A stretch of DNA of 64,000 bases from Candidatus Woykebacteria bacterium RBG_13_40_15 (GCA_001816655.1 MHCP01000028.1:30309-94308), one strand, 5' to 3'; shown: positions 26,678 to 35,875, counted from the first letter of the stretch. Made by a program: numbers and translations. The notes: a model not told the origin generated them from the letters alone.

Positions 26678-27025
26678 CTACGCCGGTTCAGGGGTGCTGA
26701 TTGTGCTTGAAGTCCCCTTCCGTACAACCACACGCCTCACAAACCCCCTTCCCACCTCGATCACTAACCGAACCTCCCTTCTTCCCACCTTATCAAAGGA
26801 CTTGGCGACAGCCTTCACTGGTCCGGATAGGTAAGTCGATTCAACAACATCAGTACCATCCGGACACGTGGACCTGATGGTAGTAACAGGTCCGGTTCTT
26901 AGAAGACGGGTTTGCAACCCTGGTGGGCCTTCGATAACGATCTCACCACTAAGAACTCTTGACCCGCCCAAATACACCCTCACCTCTTCTAGCGGGTCGA
27001 CATCGCCTGATCCTAACACTGCCAT
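26678..27025 (-). CDS. hypothetical protein (GC-rich island 5)
   Basis: 115-aa ORF with high-GC codons. Alternative frames overlap. Confidence 0.35.
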   Translation of the reverse strand: MAVLGSGDVDPLEEVRVYLGGSRVLSGEIVIEGPPGLQTRLLRTGPVTTIRSTCPDGTDVVESTYLSGPVKAVAKSFDKVGRREVRLVIEVGRGFVRRVVVRKGTSSTISTPEPA

Positions 27026-27161
27026 CTTGAACCCCCTTGAGTTTCAACTAAGCTAAACGACTGCTTGGGAGATCGCGTGTAAAGTTCCCTTCTTTCCTGC
27101 TGACGAATTATATACATTGCAAAGAAAAAAGTAAATGCTATAAGACAGCTACCTGGAAAAA

Positions 27162-27485
27162 TTACAGAAGTTTAAAGTGGATTATTTTCACAGGAGTTTG
27201 GCTAGAGACTTGCTTACCATAATATTTAGAATAGGTTTCAAACATTTCTTTTTCTGAAGGAAATTTTTCATGCCCTTCGAAATCTTCTGGAGTTAAATCT
27301 TTAAATGGTTTTTCGAAAACGTCCGTCAGCTTCGCCTTTGCAAAAGTCTCCCCAGTTTGTTTATTGATAAATTCGATTTCATCGCCAGTTTTTAGGTTCT
27401 TTTCATCAAAAAGCCGCCAGGTGTTAGTTTTCTCACCTGCCAAAATCGGCCCAACAAATTTTTCATCAAATTTCAATGTTTTCAT
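27162..27485 (-). CDS. ASCH domain protein
   Basis: ILAGEKTNTWRL matches the ASCH signature (GxKTxExR-like). Confidence 0.65.
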   Translation of the reverse strand: MKTLKFDEKFVGPILAGEKTNTWRLFDEKNLKTGDEIEFINKQTGETFAKAKLTDVFEKPFKDLTPEDFEGHEKFPSEKEMFETYSKYYGKQVSSQTPVKIIHFKLL

Positions 27486-27494
27486 TGTTATTGG

Positions 27495-27523
27495 ATTTTA
27501 TGATTTGGGGGTTTGATTGTCAA
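27495..27523 (-). promoter_or_regulatory. leaderless-type promoter of ASCH gene
   Basis: Minus strand reads TTGACA-17nt-TAAAAT. The -10 lies 9 nt upstream of the ATG. Confidence 0.4.
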
Positions 27524-27641
27524 AAAGTGTTGGCGGCGGGCCTTTTGCGTCACGTACCACAATTTGGCCCGCCTAAGTAGTGCTACGCTGAAAATCGTAG
27601 TACCCTCGATAAAACGCGCGAAGGTCCTGTTCCACCTCCGG

Positions 27642-27860
27642 TCAGCATTGATCAACTATCTCCCTACCGACCCTCCTCTCGACTTCCGCTCGGGCACGAC
27701 GAAGAAGTTGAGACACTGGAGTAGCGGCGCTGAGAAAACAAGCCTGGAAGTAGCTGTAATCCTCCACCATCAACCTCCAGCCAGATTCCTCCTTAAGGAA
27801 AACCTCGTTTGGAGCAACGAGGTGGAAGACTGTTTGGCCTAACTTAAAGATATTTCTCAC
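27642..27860 (-). CDS. hypothetical protein (GC-rich island 6)
   Basis: 72-aa ORF in a short high-GC block. The opposite-strand ORF 27513..27842 is an alternative. Confidence 0.3.
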   Translation of the reverse strand: MRNIFKLGQTVFHLVAPNEVFLKEESGWRLMVEDYSYFQACFLSAATPVSQLLRRARAEVERRVGREIVDQC

Positions 27861-28001
27861 GCCTCGCTCCTCCTTTCTTGAAGGAAATCATATCACTTAT
27901 AAAAATCAAAATCAACCGACTATGGGACAAATGGGTTAGGAAGTTTGTTGCTAGCACCTCGAAGCCCTGAGTCAAACCGAAGGACAAAGTGGTGTCAAAA
28001 A

Positions 28002-28865
28002 CTAAACACTAAAAATCGACAGAAGCACAATTCCCGCCAAAGTCAACACTATCCCTACGACTTGTTGTTTTGTAATTTTATCTTTAAAAAACAAAAAAGC
28101 CAAGATTATAAAAAGGGTTGGATTTGCCCCTGCAATCGGCGCAACGATGGTGACTAATCCTTTACTTATTCCAAAGAAGTAGCTAAATTCGGCAACACGA
28201 ACAAGAGCCGTTGAAGCTACTAGTGGCACAAAAGCCCGGTTTTTAGTAGGAAGTTCCAGAGTAAATCCCCTCATTTTTATATATAAAAACACTAAAGGAA
28301 AGAGCATTAAGGTAATATAATTGGGCCAAAACCAACCAACCTTACTAACTGGAATCTTTAACAACGCCATCCAAACGCCCCATGTCACCATTGTTACTAG
28401 TGCCAGGAAGGTTGCCCTATTTAAGAAGATGCCCTTGCTTCTAAGTTCGCTTAAATTAAGGCTCGAGAGAGTTACTCCGCCAAAAATGATAAGTATTGCG
28501 ACCAGCTGTTTAACCGATACCGGCTCGTGAAGAAACAAAACAGAAACTAAAACTACCACAGCCGGAAACGATGAAGCAATTGTTCCAACCACCGCTCTAT
28601 TCCCTATTTTTAGTGCTTCGTAGTAAATAATAGTCCCAAGAAGTAAACCTGCTATCCCAATACCAATAATAAAAATTAAGAGGCCAAAAGTTAGATTACC
28701 AAGATTGCCTGGTGCAAAAGGTGCAAAAAAGGTTAATACTATAGAACTTAAAGCGAAACCCCAAAAAACTAGAGAGTATGTTTTAAGTCTCCTGGCAACT
28801 ATAGCCTCGAGAAAGACTCCATTGCCCCAGGTGAAATAGGAAATTAGGCCAAAAATAATAGGCAT
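28002..28865 (-). CDS. EamA/DMT-family transporter
   Basis: 287 aa, ~10 predicted TM helices. Resembles the duplicated EamA domain architecture. Confidence 0.75.
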   Translation of the reverse strand: MPIIFGLISYFTWGNGVFLEAIVARRLKTYSLVFWGFALSSIVLTFFAPFAPGNLGNLTFGLLIFIIGIGIAGLLLGTIIYYEALKIGNRAVVGTIASSFPAVVVLVSVLFLHEPVSVKQLVAILIIFGGVTLSSLNLSELRSKGIFLNRATFLALVTMVTWGVWMALLKIPVSKVGWFWPNYITLMLFPLVFLYIKMRGFTLELPTKNRAFVPLVASTALVRVAEFSYFFGISKGLVTIVAPIAGANPTLFIILAFLFFKDKITKQQVVGIVLTLAGIVLLSIFSV

Positions 28866-28872
28866 CGGTTAG

Positions 28873-28904
28873 ATTGTACGGTTAGGGAGTCTTGTTGTCA
28901 AAAA
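28873..28904 (-). promoter_or_regulatory. promoter (leaderless configuration), copy 1 of duplicated 33-bp promoter
   Basis: Minus strand reads TTGACAacaagactccctaaccgTACAAT. The -10 ends 7 nt before the ATG of the EamA gene. Confidence 0.5.
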
Positions 28905-28907
28905 AAC

Positions 28908-29150
28908 TTAGGGGTACTTTCCCAAAATCTCGTTTAACTTACCCAAAAGAGGAGTTCGCCAATCGTCAAGAAGTTGGGTTCGAATCAAAGAAACCAGTTC
29001 CCGATCCGCTGGCGACAAATTTTTACTTTCGAGCTCTTTCACCTTTGCCAAAATCGCGTAATCCTCTTCTTTCGGCATCAGATAAGGTTTCTCGTCCTCT
29101 TCTGTTATCCCATATTTAATTCTCAACTTCTCTTTTTCTGCTTTTTCCAT
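28908..29150 (-). CDS. hypothetical small protein
   Basis: 80-aa ORF, charged and helical. Lies between the two copies of the 33-bp promoter repeat. Confidence 0.45.
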   Translation of the reverse strand: MEKAEKEKLRIKYGITEEDEKPYLMPKEEDYAILAKVKELESKNLSPADRELVSLIRTQLLDDWRTPLLGKLNEILGKYP

Positions 29151-29156
29151 AGTCTA

Positions 29157-29189
29157 AATTGTACGGTTAGGGAGTCTTGTTGTCAAAAA
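29157..29189 (-). promoter_or_regulatory. promoter (leaderless configuration), copy 2 of duplicated 33-bp promoter
   Basis: Identical 31/33 to 28873-28904. The -10 ends 7 nt before the ATG at 29150. Confidence 0.5.
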
Positions 29190-29197
29190 GGGAGGCT

Positions 29198-29710
29198 TTA
29201 TTTCTTTATTTTCTTTTTAAGATTCTCAAGAACTGAGATATACTTTTTAATTTGGTCGTTATCCCACTCGAATTGACTCAAGGCAACTTGTTTTGCGATT
29301 CTACCCTCTTTGTAACCATTTAAAGTATTCCAAGCCATGTTATCGGTTGTATAAGTAAAAAAATTCAACATTGAATCCATATCAGTAATCTCCCCTGAAT
29401 TTAAGAACTTGTACAGAAGCCCTCTTTGAAAAGCTTCCGATATAAAAAGTCTCTGAAGTTTATTAAATTTAAAAATAGTAAAAATGTTCTTATCGTCGGC
29501 GGCAATTTGCCTCAACATTTTATCAAAATCTTCTTTGTACGCTTTCAAAAATTCAATGTTGAACTCGAATTCTTTTTTCAGACTAACTAGTAAATCATTT
29601 TCGTTCATATTTTTTCTCCAGCGCTCTGTTAAGTAAAAAAGGGTTAGGGAAAAAATAAAAGCTAGTATTGCTCCGACAAAAGTAGACGTAGCCTGTGTCC
29701 AAAAATTCAT
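29198..29710 (-). CDS. hypothetical membrane-anchored protein
   Basis: 170 aa with an N-terminal TM (FVGAILAFIFSLTLFYL). Confidence 0.45.
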   Translation of the reverse strand: MNFWTQATSTFVGAILAFIFSLTLFYLTERWRKNMNENDLLVSLKKEFEFNIEFLKAYKEDFDKMLRQIAADDKNIFTIFKFNKLQRLFISEAFQRGLLYKFLNSGEITDMDSMLNFFTYTTDNMAWNTLNGYKEGRIAKQVALSQFEWDNDQIKKYISVLENLKKKIKK

Positions 29711-29746
29711 GAGAAAAGTATAGCACTTGGGGAGGAGGCGGGCAAA

Positions 29747-30208
29747 TTAGAGATTTAATTCCCTTCTCGATTGATCAGGAAAGTTTACTTCGTCAAAAAG
29801 GACGATTTGGCTTGGGACAACCTTGTAGAAATGGTGGTCTGTTACCCCCTCGACTATATCTTTTGGGGATAAGATAAATTTTGTTACAGTGGGAAACCTT
29901 TTGGCAAAAATCGCAAAGGCTTTGACTAGTTCAACACCTTTTACTTCGTGGCATTCTCCTTCAAACTGTAGCCCTCGTGTCTTATCGCCCAAAGTTTTGT
30001 GTGGTTTGACAATAGCACCGGCGACGTGAGGGTTTTTGGCAATTTCCAGGGAGTGGCGACGGTTAAAACGGGAAATAAAGTAGAGGTTGAAAGCACTATC
30101 GTAGGCAAACCAAACACTCGCTATCCAAGGTTTATTACCTTTGGCAGTAGCTATCTGCATTAAATTCGTTTCTTTCAAGTAATCTTTTATTAGTTTCTTC
30201 AAATCCAT
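29747..30208 (-). CDS. pyridoxamine 5'-phosphate oxidase-like FMN-binding protein
   Basis: PNPOx-like fold pattern (NLMQIATAKGNKPWIASVWF...). Start placed at MDLKKL (ATG 30206-30208). The longer ORF reads through into GC-rich island 7. Confidence 0.65.
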   Translation of the reverse strand: MDLKKLIKDYLKETNLMQIATAKGNKPWIASVWFAYDSAFNLYFISRFNRRHSLEIAKNPHVAGAIVKPHKTLGDKTRGLQFEGECHEVKGVELVKAFAIFAKRFPTVTKFILSPKDIVEGVTDHHFYKVVPSQIVLFDEVNFPDQSRRELNL

Positions 30209-30336
30209 GGAAGTGATTTTATCACTGATAGAGGTGTTGGGCAAATTAAAGTATGGTGGGGGGGGGAGAAGCGCTTCTCCATTCACTCCTACACCCCCAC
30301 CAGCGAGACGAAGGGCCTCTCATCCTTCGTCCGCCT

Positions 30337-30609
30337 TCAAACCGGATTTTCTCTTCTCTGCTCCTCCCTCTCCAACCACCGCTGCGTGGCTGCTAACAGA
30401 AGGGAGAGAACGCCGTAGATCAGGAGTATCCCTATTCCACTCCAGGCAGGCCATTTCCCGAAAATAGGGGCGGCGAGATAGACGAGGATTGAGACTCCTA
30501 CCCAGACAACTGTCCTCCAGCGTCCACGGAGCAGAAACGAAAGGGTCCCCGCTACACTAAGCAAGATTCGGTCCCAAATCGAAACACCCGCTCCTTCTTG
30601 CCAAATCAT
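30337..30609 (-). CDS. hypothetical small membrane protein (GC-rich island 7)
   Basis: 90 aa with two or three TM segments, high-GC codons, and SD taggaggtgaga upstream. Confidence 0.4.
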   Translation of the reverse strand: MIWQEGAGVSIWDRILLSVAGTLSFLLRGRWRTVVWVGVSILVYLAAPIFGKWPAWSGIGILLIYGVLSLLLAATQRWLEREEQRRENPV

Positions 30610-30711
30610 CTCTCACCTCCTAGTAAGATCTGAAAATAATAATACTGCAATATGAAAGCTAAAAACAAGTCTGCTTGATTGGTAAATTTGCGTAGAATGG
30701 AAATAGTCCAA

Positions 30712-31284
30712 TTAGAGGTATTTTAATCCGCTGCTTTCCAAAATCTCCCACTTACCGTCATTTTTCGCAGTCTTTACCCAACCATAATGATCAATATGAA
30801 TTACGCCCCCTTGAAATCCAAGGCCAGCGCGGATTACTCCCATGTGGGTTAGAACTAATTTTGTCTTCTCTTTTCTCTGCCAGATTTTTTCGAACGCCCC
30901 CTTTACTCTTTTTACAAAATCATCCTCTTTCTCTGCCCCCTCAATATCTTGGAAAGATTCTATTTTCTTAACAAGCTCGGGGTATTTTTCTCTTGCCGCT
31001 TCTTTTGTCATACCGGAAAGTGCCCCGTAGCGATTCTTCTCACGCAAATCATTTTCAAAATCTAGCGAGACTCCCAGTTTTTGGGCAATTATTGTCGCTG
31101 GATTTTTGGCGCGAAGATAGGGGCTCGCGATTACTATTTCAATTCCTTTTTCTTTAAAAGTTTCGGCAAAGCTTGCCGCATCCTTCAAACTTTTTTCAGT
31201 CGGCTCATGGTCAGCAGACCCACCATACAGATTTTCAACATCATCAAGAGCTTCCCCATGCCGAACCAGGTAAAGGATTTTCAT
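30712..31284 (-). CDS. histidine phosphatase family protein (phosphoglycerate mutase-like)
   Basis: N-terminal LVRHGE catalytic motif. Confidence 0.8.
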   Translation of the reverse strand: MKILYLVRHGEALDDVENLYGGSADHEPTEKSLKDAASFAETFKEKGIEIVIASPYLRAKNPATIIAQKLGVSLDFENDLREKNRYGALSGMTKEAAREKYPELVKKIESFQDIEGAEKEDDFVKRVKGAFEKIWQRKEKTKLVLTHMGVIRAGLGFQGGVIHIDHYGWVKTAKNDGKWEILESSGLKYL

Positions 31285-31556
31285 CTCAAAACCTTTATTA
31301 TCTCTTCTCGGCTAAAGCCAAAACTTTCAATCTCCTTTACAAGATCTTCCCGAAACGATTTGTAGTAATCGCCATGCCAATACTGAATCATTATGAAAGG
31401 CGGTTGAGGCTTCTTAGGTCTTCTTGTGGGATAAATTGCTTTCGCGTGACTTCCTTTTCCTTTACTTTTGTCAATTATAAACCCGAGCTTTTTTAAAGCT
31501 TTGAGAAGTTCTCTTGTACCAAAGGTGGGAGTTTCCATTTCAACAAGTGACCGCAC
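31281..31556 (-). CDS. hicA: HicA-family toxin with C-terminal extension
   Basis: KKLGFIIDKSKGKGSHAKAIYP is the HicA/YcfA motif (GSH). Overlaps the upstream HicB-like gene. Confidence 0.55.
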   Translation of the reverse strand: MRSLVEMETPTFGTRELLKALKKLGFIIDKSKGKGSHAKAIYPTRRPKKPQPPFIMIQYWHGDYYKSFREDLVKEIESFGFSREEIIKVLR

Positions 31557-31854
31557 ATCTTCGATAGGCTTCTACGTTTGTGGTAGCAGAAAGTACTTTT
31601 GCGGCCTCGATTGATTCAAGTTTTCTAGCCTCGGGAATATAAAGGAGGGTTTCATCAATTTCCTTCCGGGGCACGTCGAAATAAGTAAGTATAGCGTCGG
31701 TAATATTATCCGCAAGCTGAACAACACTAGCGGCCTGTGTATGACACCCTGGAAGTTCTGGAAAAGTAGCGTAAAAACCACCTTCCGGCACTCGTTGGAT
31801 TTTAACCAGGACTCTTTTAGGTAGTTTGTACTTCTCGACAATATTTTTTGACAT
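31540..31854 (-). CDS. hicB: HicB-family antitoxin (UPF0150)
   Basis: FYATFPELPGCHTQAASVVQLADNITDAI matches the HicB/UPF0150 core. Confidence 0.6.
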   Translation of the reverse strand: MSKNIVEKYKLPKRVLVKIQRVPEGGFYATFPELPGCHTQAASVVQLADNITDAILTYFDVPRKEIDETLLYIPEARKLESIEAAKVLSATTNVEAYRRCAVTC

Positions 31855-31906
31855 AAAAACCTAGTATACCACCAGTATATAAGTTTTTTGAATAGGCAAG
31901 CAAGAG

Positions 31907-32431
31907 TTATTTAATAATTTTGTAATACAGCTGGATTTCGTTTTTGGAGAGGTTTTTTACCTCGAGTAATTCCAGCTTTGTTTCAAAATCGCCCTCGGCA
32001 AAAAGGCGGATTCCTTTTCCGAAAATAACCGGTTCTATATCCAAATAAATTTCATTGACCAGCCCCTCTTTCAGAAAACTGGCATTCAACCCACCTCCAC
32101 CGCACACCATAATAGTTTCAAACCCTTGATTGCGAAGAATACCCAAGGCCTCGCGGGGTGATTTGGCGGTAAAAATAAACTCTGGATTGTGAACTTGCAA
32201 TGATGCGTCGTCTGTTACCACCACAGTTTTTATCTGGTTGAACTGAGATCTGTTAAATTCATCGTTCTTGAGCATAATTTCATAAGTCCGCCTGCCAATA
32301 ATCATATTTCCCGCTTTCTTAATCATGCCACTATAACTTTCCCATTCCGTTTCAGTAACCCAGGTGGTGTCGTCATCTTCTTTGGCAATAAACCCATTTA
32401 CCGTCGGCGCCATGTAGAGAATTACTTTCAT
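31907..32431 (-). CDS. dihydrofolate reductase-like (RibD C-terminal domain) protein
   Basis: MKVILYMAPTVNGFIA...GRRTYE...MVCGGGGLNASFL. Confidence 0.7.
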   Translation of the reverse strand: MKVILYMAPTVNGFIAKEDDDTTWVTETEWESYSGMIKKAGNMIIGRRTYEIMLKNDEFNRSQFNQIKTVVVTDDASLQVHNPEFIFTAKSPREALGILRNQGFETIMVCGGGGLNASFLKEGLVNEIYLDIEPVIFGKGIRLFAEGDFETKLELLEVKNLSKNEIQLYYKIIK

Positions 32432-32877
32432 TTCTTCCTCCCAGCCTTCAATCTGTAAACGTGGGTGTCTCTTTTTTCAAACCCAAGTGATTCATATAGA
32501 CTGTGGGCAGCTAACCTATCGGGGGTGCTAGTTAGATCAATTGTCTCCACCGCTAGCTCCTCTACAAGAGCAATCGCTACTTTTGACAACTCCCTTCCAA
32601 TTCCCTGCCTTCGAAAAGGCTCATCTACAACCACATCCTCAATAAACATCTTTTTTCTTGATGGAAAATGAAAAAAACCGCTCGTCAGCATCCCAACTAG
32701 CGCTTTGTCCCTGAAAGCAAGGAAAAGTCTCACATGAGGTTGCTCTGAAAGCTTTTTTAGCTCTTCTTTATTTATAGGCGTCAAATCCGGATCAAGTTGG
32801 CAACGAAGGTTATTTATTTTTTCTAGCAAGGAATCGGTTATAAGTTCTGGTGATAAAACTTTAATTTCCATCGGCAT
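32428..32877 (-). CDS. GNAT family N-acetyltransferase
   Basis: Acetyl-CoA binding motif RRQGIGRELSK. Confidence 0.75.
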   Translation of the reverse strand: MPMEIKVLSPELITDSLLEKINNLRCQLDPDLTPINKEELKKLSEQPHVRLFLAFRDKALVGMLTSGFFHFPSRKKMFIEDVVVDEPFRRQGIGRELSKVAIALVEELAVETIDLTSTPDRLAAHSLYESLGFEKRDTHVYRLKAGRKK

Positions 32878-32884
32878 TCGTTCT

Positions 32885-34111
32885 TTAAAGAGCAGAGATT
32901 TTTACTAACCTAGTTTCTTTTTCGTTTCTTTTCTTTACTTCAATCGATTCTTTTTCGATAGTTTTTTCAGAAACTACCCAACGCTGCGGTATGCCAATCA
33001 GATCTGCATCTGCAAGCTTCACACCAGGACTTTCTTCCCGGTCGTCAAACAATACCTCAACACCTTTTTTGATTAATTTTTCGTAAACTTCGTTAGCTTT
33101 TTTAACAGCATCACTATTTGTTCCAATAGAAACCAGATGAATTTTGTACGGAGCAACTTCCTCTGGCCAAACTAGTCCAGCTTCGTCATTGCAAACTTCC
33201 GCAACAGTCCCCATTACTCTACCAATCCCAATTCCATAACAACCCATTATTATTGGTTTTTCCTTACCGTCTTTGTCAACAAAAGCAGCCCCCAAAGCTT
33301 GCGAATATTTTGTTCCAAGAGAAAACACCTGCCCCGCCTCAATAGCGCGTGTTTTTTCAAGTTTCTTTCCGCAATCCGAGCAAGTTTCTTTTACTCCTTT
33401 TTCCGCCATATACTGTTCATTGATCGCGTAACCGCAAGGACAGAAATAAACGGTATCTTCTCCAACAGGGGCTGGGACTTGAAATTCATAGGTTACGTCT
33501 CCCCCAATAGCCCCACCTGGGGCCAAGGTAATTAAAACTTTCAGACCAAGTCTTGCAAAGATTTTTTCGTAGGCTTCAATTACTTTTTTAAAATATTTAT
33601 CAAAATCTTCTTTTGTTGCGTGAAATGAGTAGAGATCTTTCATAAAAAATTCACGAGTCCGAAGTAAACCGCCGGTCGCTCTCTGTTCATTACGAAACTT
33701 ATCCTGTATTTGGTAAGCAGCCGTAGGTAAATCTTTGTAGCTTTTTATAAATCTGCGGGCAAGATCTGTAATTACTTCCTCATGAGTTGGCCCCAGAGCA
33801 TATTCTTTTTCGTGGCGGTCTTTTACTTTAAATAACGGCGGGTCCATACTTTCCCACCGACCAGACTCAACCCATAAATTTTTTGGGGAAAGAACCGGCA
33901 TTGAAAATTCAGCCGCGCCCAAGGCATTCATTTCCTCGCGAATAATATTTTCAATTTTTGAGTGAACCAGCCAACCAAGAGGTAAAAAATTGTAGATTCC
34001 AGCCGAGAGCTGATCGATAAATCCAGCTTTCGCTAAAAGCCTATGGGAGGTACTTTCCGCATCTTTCGGTGATTCCCTCAAAGTTTTTCCAAAAAGTTTC
34101 GAATAACGCAT
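32885..34111 (-). CDS. proS: proline--tRNA ligase (short form without editing domain)
   Basis: Class-II aaRS motifs and a ProRS-like anticodon-binding C-terminal region. 408 aa. Confidence 0.8.
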   Translation of the reverse strand: MRYSKLFGKTLRESPKDAESTSHRLLAKAGFIDQLSAGIYNFLPLGWLVHSKIENIIREEMNALGAAEFSMPVLSPKNLWVESGRWESMDPPLFKVKDRHEKEYALGPTHEEVITDLARRFIKSYKDLPTAAYQIQDKFRNEQRATGGLLRTREFFMKDLYSFHATKEDFDKYFKKVIEAYEKIFARLGLKVLITLAPGGAIGGDVTYEFQVPAPVGEDTVYFCPCGYAINEQYMAEKGVKETCSDCGKKLEKTRAIEAGQVFSLGTKYSQALGAAFVDKDGKEKPIIMGCYGIGIGRVMGTVAEVCNDEAGLVWPEEVAPYKIHLVSIGTNSDAVKKANEVYEKLIKKGVEVLFDDREESPGVKLADADLIGIPQRWVVSEKTIEKESIEVKKRNEKETRLVKISAL

Positions 34112-34160
34112 ACTTTCAATATTTATATAACAAAGGAGCTAGCTTAGCAAGCAAGTCCTA

Positions 34161-35306
34161 TTAGCCAAAGATTAACATTCGAATGTCATTGAACGTCAAT
34201 AAAATAAATAGTAAGATCAAAAACATAAAACCTACTGTGTTGACCCACCTTTCAATACTTTCATTTACTTTAACCCTGAAAACCCCTTCAATAAGAGCAA
34301 AGATCAGTCTACCCCCATCTGCCGCTGGAATTGGCAAGAGATTTATTACTCCAAGCATCAAACTAATAAGCCCAACAACCATAACTATCGTCCAAGTGGC
34401 TGAAGCTCCGGCTTGGCCAATAAATTTACCAAGAAATGCAACGATTCCAACAGGACCGTGGGCCGCATTGGAAACAGGGGCAGCAGAATGCTCCTCTATT
34501 GATTGGTTAACCAAACTAGTTATACCAACATACTGCTCGTAAATCATATTCCCTGCATGAAGGGGGCCAACAAATACTTTATCTGCAATGGAAGAGTATC
34601 TTATGACATAAAAACTACCCAAGCCTACACCCAAAGGGCCTTGATCACTTGGTGGGTTTACTCTTGGAACAAGTGTCACGGCCTTGGTTCGACTCGAGTT
34701 AAAATCTCGGACAAGCAGGATCATCTCTTTACCTTTATTTTGATCAACAATATTTTGAAGGTCGCTCACCGAAGAAGGAGTTTTACCATTAACACTTAAT
34801 ACTTCATCTGGAGGCGCGATTCCAGCTTTTTCAGCCGGAGAATTCTCATCAACTGCAACAATTAATATTGATTCTGATTGCGAGCCAAAAGGAAACTTCA
34901 AGTTCAGCGGCGCACCACTTGTAGGAATAGATGTAGGCGCTTCGAACTGAAAGTGATTAAAGGCCAAGGTGAGTGTAAAAAGAGTGAAGGCAACCAAGAC
35001 ATTCATAAATACCCCCGCCACTAAAACAGCACTTCGTGTCCAAGGCCCTTTAGAAGAGAGACTACGCTCGCTACTCTCTCCGCCATCTTCCCCAAGAAGT
35101 CTAACAAAACCACCAGCGGGAACTGCATTTATCGAATAGATAGTCTCCCCAATTTTCTTTCCCCAAAGCCGCGGAGGAAAACCAAAACCAAATTCCTCCA
35201 CTTTTACGCCAAATAATTTTGCAGCAAAAAAGTGGCCTGATTCGTGGGCAAAAATTATTAAGCCCAGGAGAATTATGGCAATTACGATCCCAAAAAATAA
35301 AGTCAT
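34161..35306 (-). CDS. rseP: RIP metalloprotease RseP (site-2 protease)
   Basis: HESGHF (HExxH) in the first TM helix, a PDZ domain, and a C-terminal LDGG-like motif. Confidence 0.85.
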   Translation of the reverse strand: MTLFFGIVIAIILLGLIIFAHESGHFFAAKLFGVKVEEFGFGFPPRLWGKKIGETIYSINAVPAGGFVRLLGEDGGESSERSLSSKGPWTRSAVLVAGVFMNVLVAFTLFTLTLAFNHFQFEAPTSIPTSGAPLNLKFPFGSQSESILIVAVDENSPAEKAGIAPPDEVLSVNGKTPSSVSDLQNIVDQNKGKEMILLVRDFNSSRTKAVTLVPRVNPPSDQGPLGVGLGSFYVIRYSSIADKVFVGPLHAGNMIYEQYVGITSLVNQSIEEHSAAPVSNAAHGPVGIVAFLGKFIGQAGASATWTIVMVVGLISLMLGVINLLPIPAADGGRLIFALIEGVFRVKVNESIERWVNTVGFMFLILLFILLTFNDIRMLIFG

Positions 35307-35309
35307 AAG

Positions 35310-35870
35310 TTAAACTTGGAGGATTTCTTTTTCTTTCCCTTTTGCTATATTCTCTATCTCGCCGGAGAAACCTTCTGTAATTTTTTGAATTTCTTCGTCC
35401 TTGCGAAATCTATCGTCCTCAGAGATTTTCTTACTCTTTTCTAGCTTATCAATTTCTTCTATTGCTTCTCTTCGAATTTGTCGAACTGCTACCCTTGCGC
35501 TTTCAGTCCGCTCGTTTACTAGCTTTATCATTTCTTTTCTTCTTTCTTCGTTCAAGGGGGGAATTGCGACTCTGATTAAATTTCCCTCTGCAACAGGATT
35601 TAAACCAATATTTGCATCTCTTATTGCCTTTTCAATTAAAGAAAGGTTGTTTTGATCCCAAATTTGGACAACCAAAAGACGAGGCTCGGGAGCATTGATA
35701 GAAGCTAAATCGCGGAGATTCATTTTCGTTCCATAAGCTTCAACTTTAATCTCTTCCAAAAGGGATGGGTTTGCTCTGCCAGTCCTCACACCTACAAGCT
35801 CTCCGTGCAGATGTTCCAAGGCTTTCTGCATGCGTTCTTTTGTTTCTTTTAACAAATGATCCAAATCCAT
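35310..35870 (-). CDS. frr: ribosome recycling factor
   Basis: 186 aa, typical RRF sequence (LRTGRANPSLLEEIKVEAYG...). Confidence 0.9.
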   Translation of the reverse strand: MDLDHLLKETKERMQKALEHLHGELVGVRTGRANPSLLEEIKVEAYGTKMNLRDLASINAPEPRLLVVQIWDQNNLSLIEKAIRDANIGLNPVAEGNLIRVAIPPLNEERRKEMIKLVNERTESARVAVRQIRREAIEEIDKLEKSKKISEDDRFRKDEEIQKITEGFSGEIENIAKGKEKEILQV

Positions 35871-35875
35871 ACGAA

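Noticed and set aside
29747-30286. Long form of the PNPOx-like ORF starting MNGEALLPPPPYF.
   Set aside because: The N-terminal 26 codons are GC-rich read-through into island 7. A start at MDLKKL (30208) gives a uniform-composition gene, so the shorter model was used.
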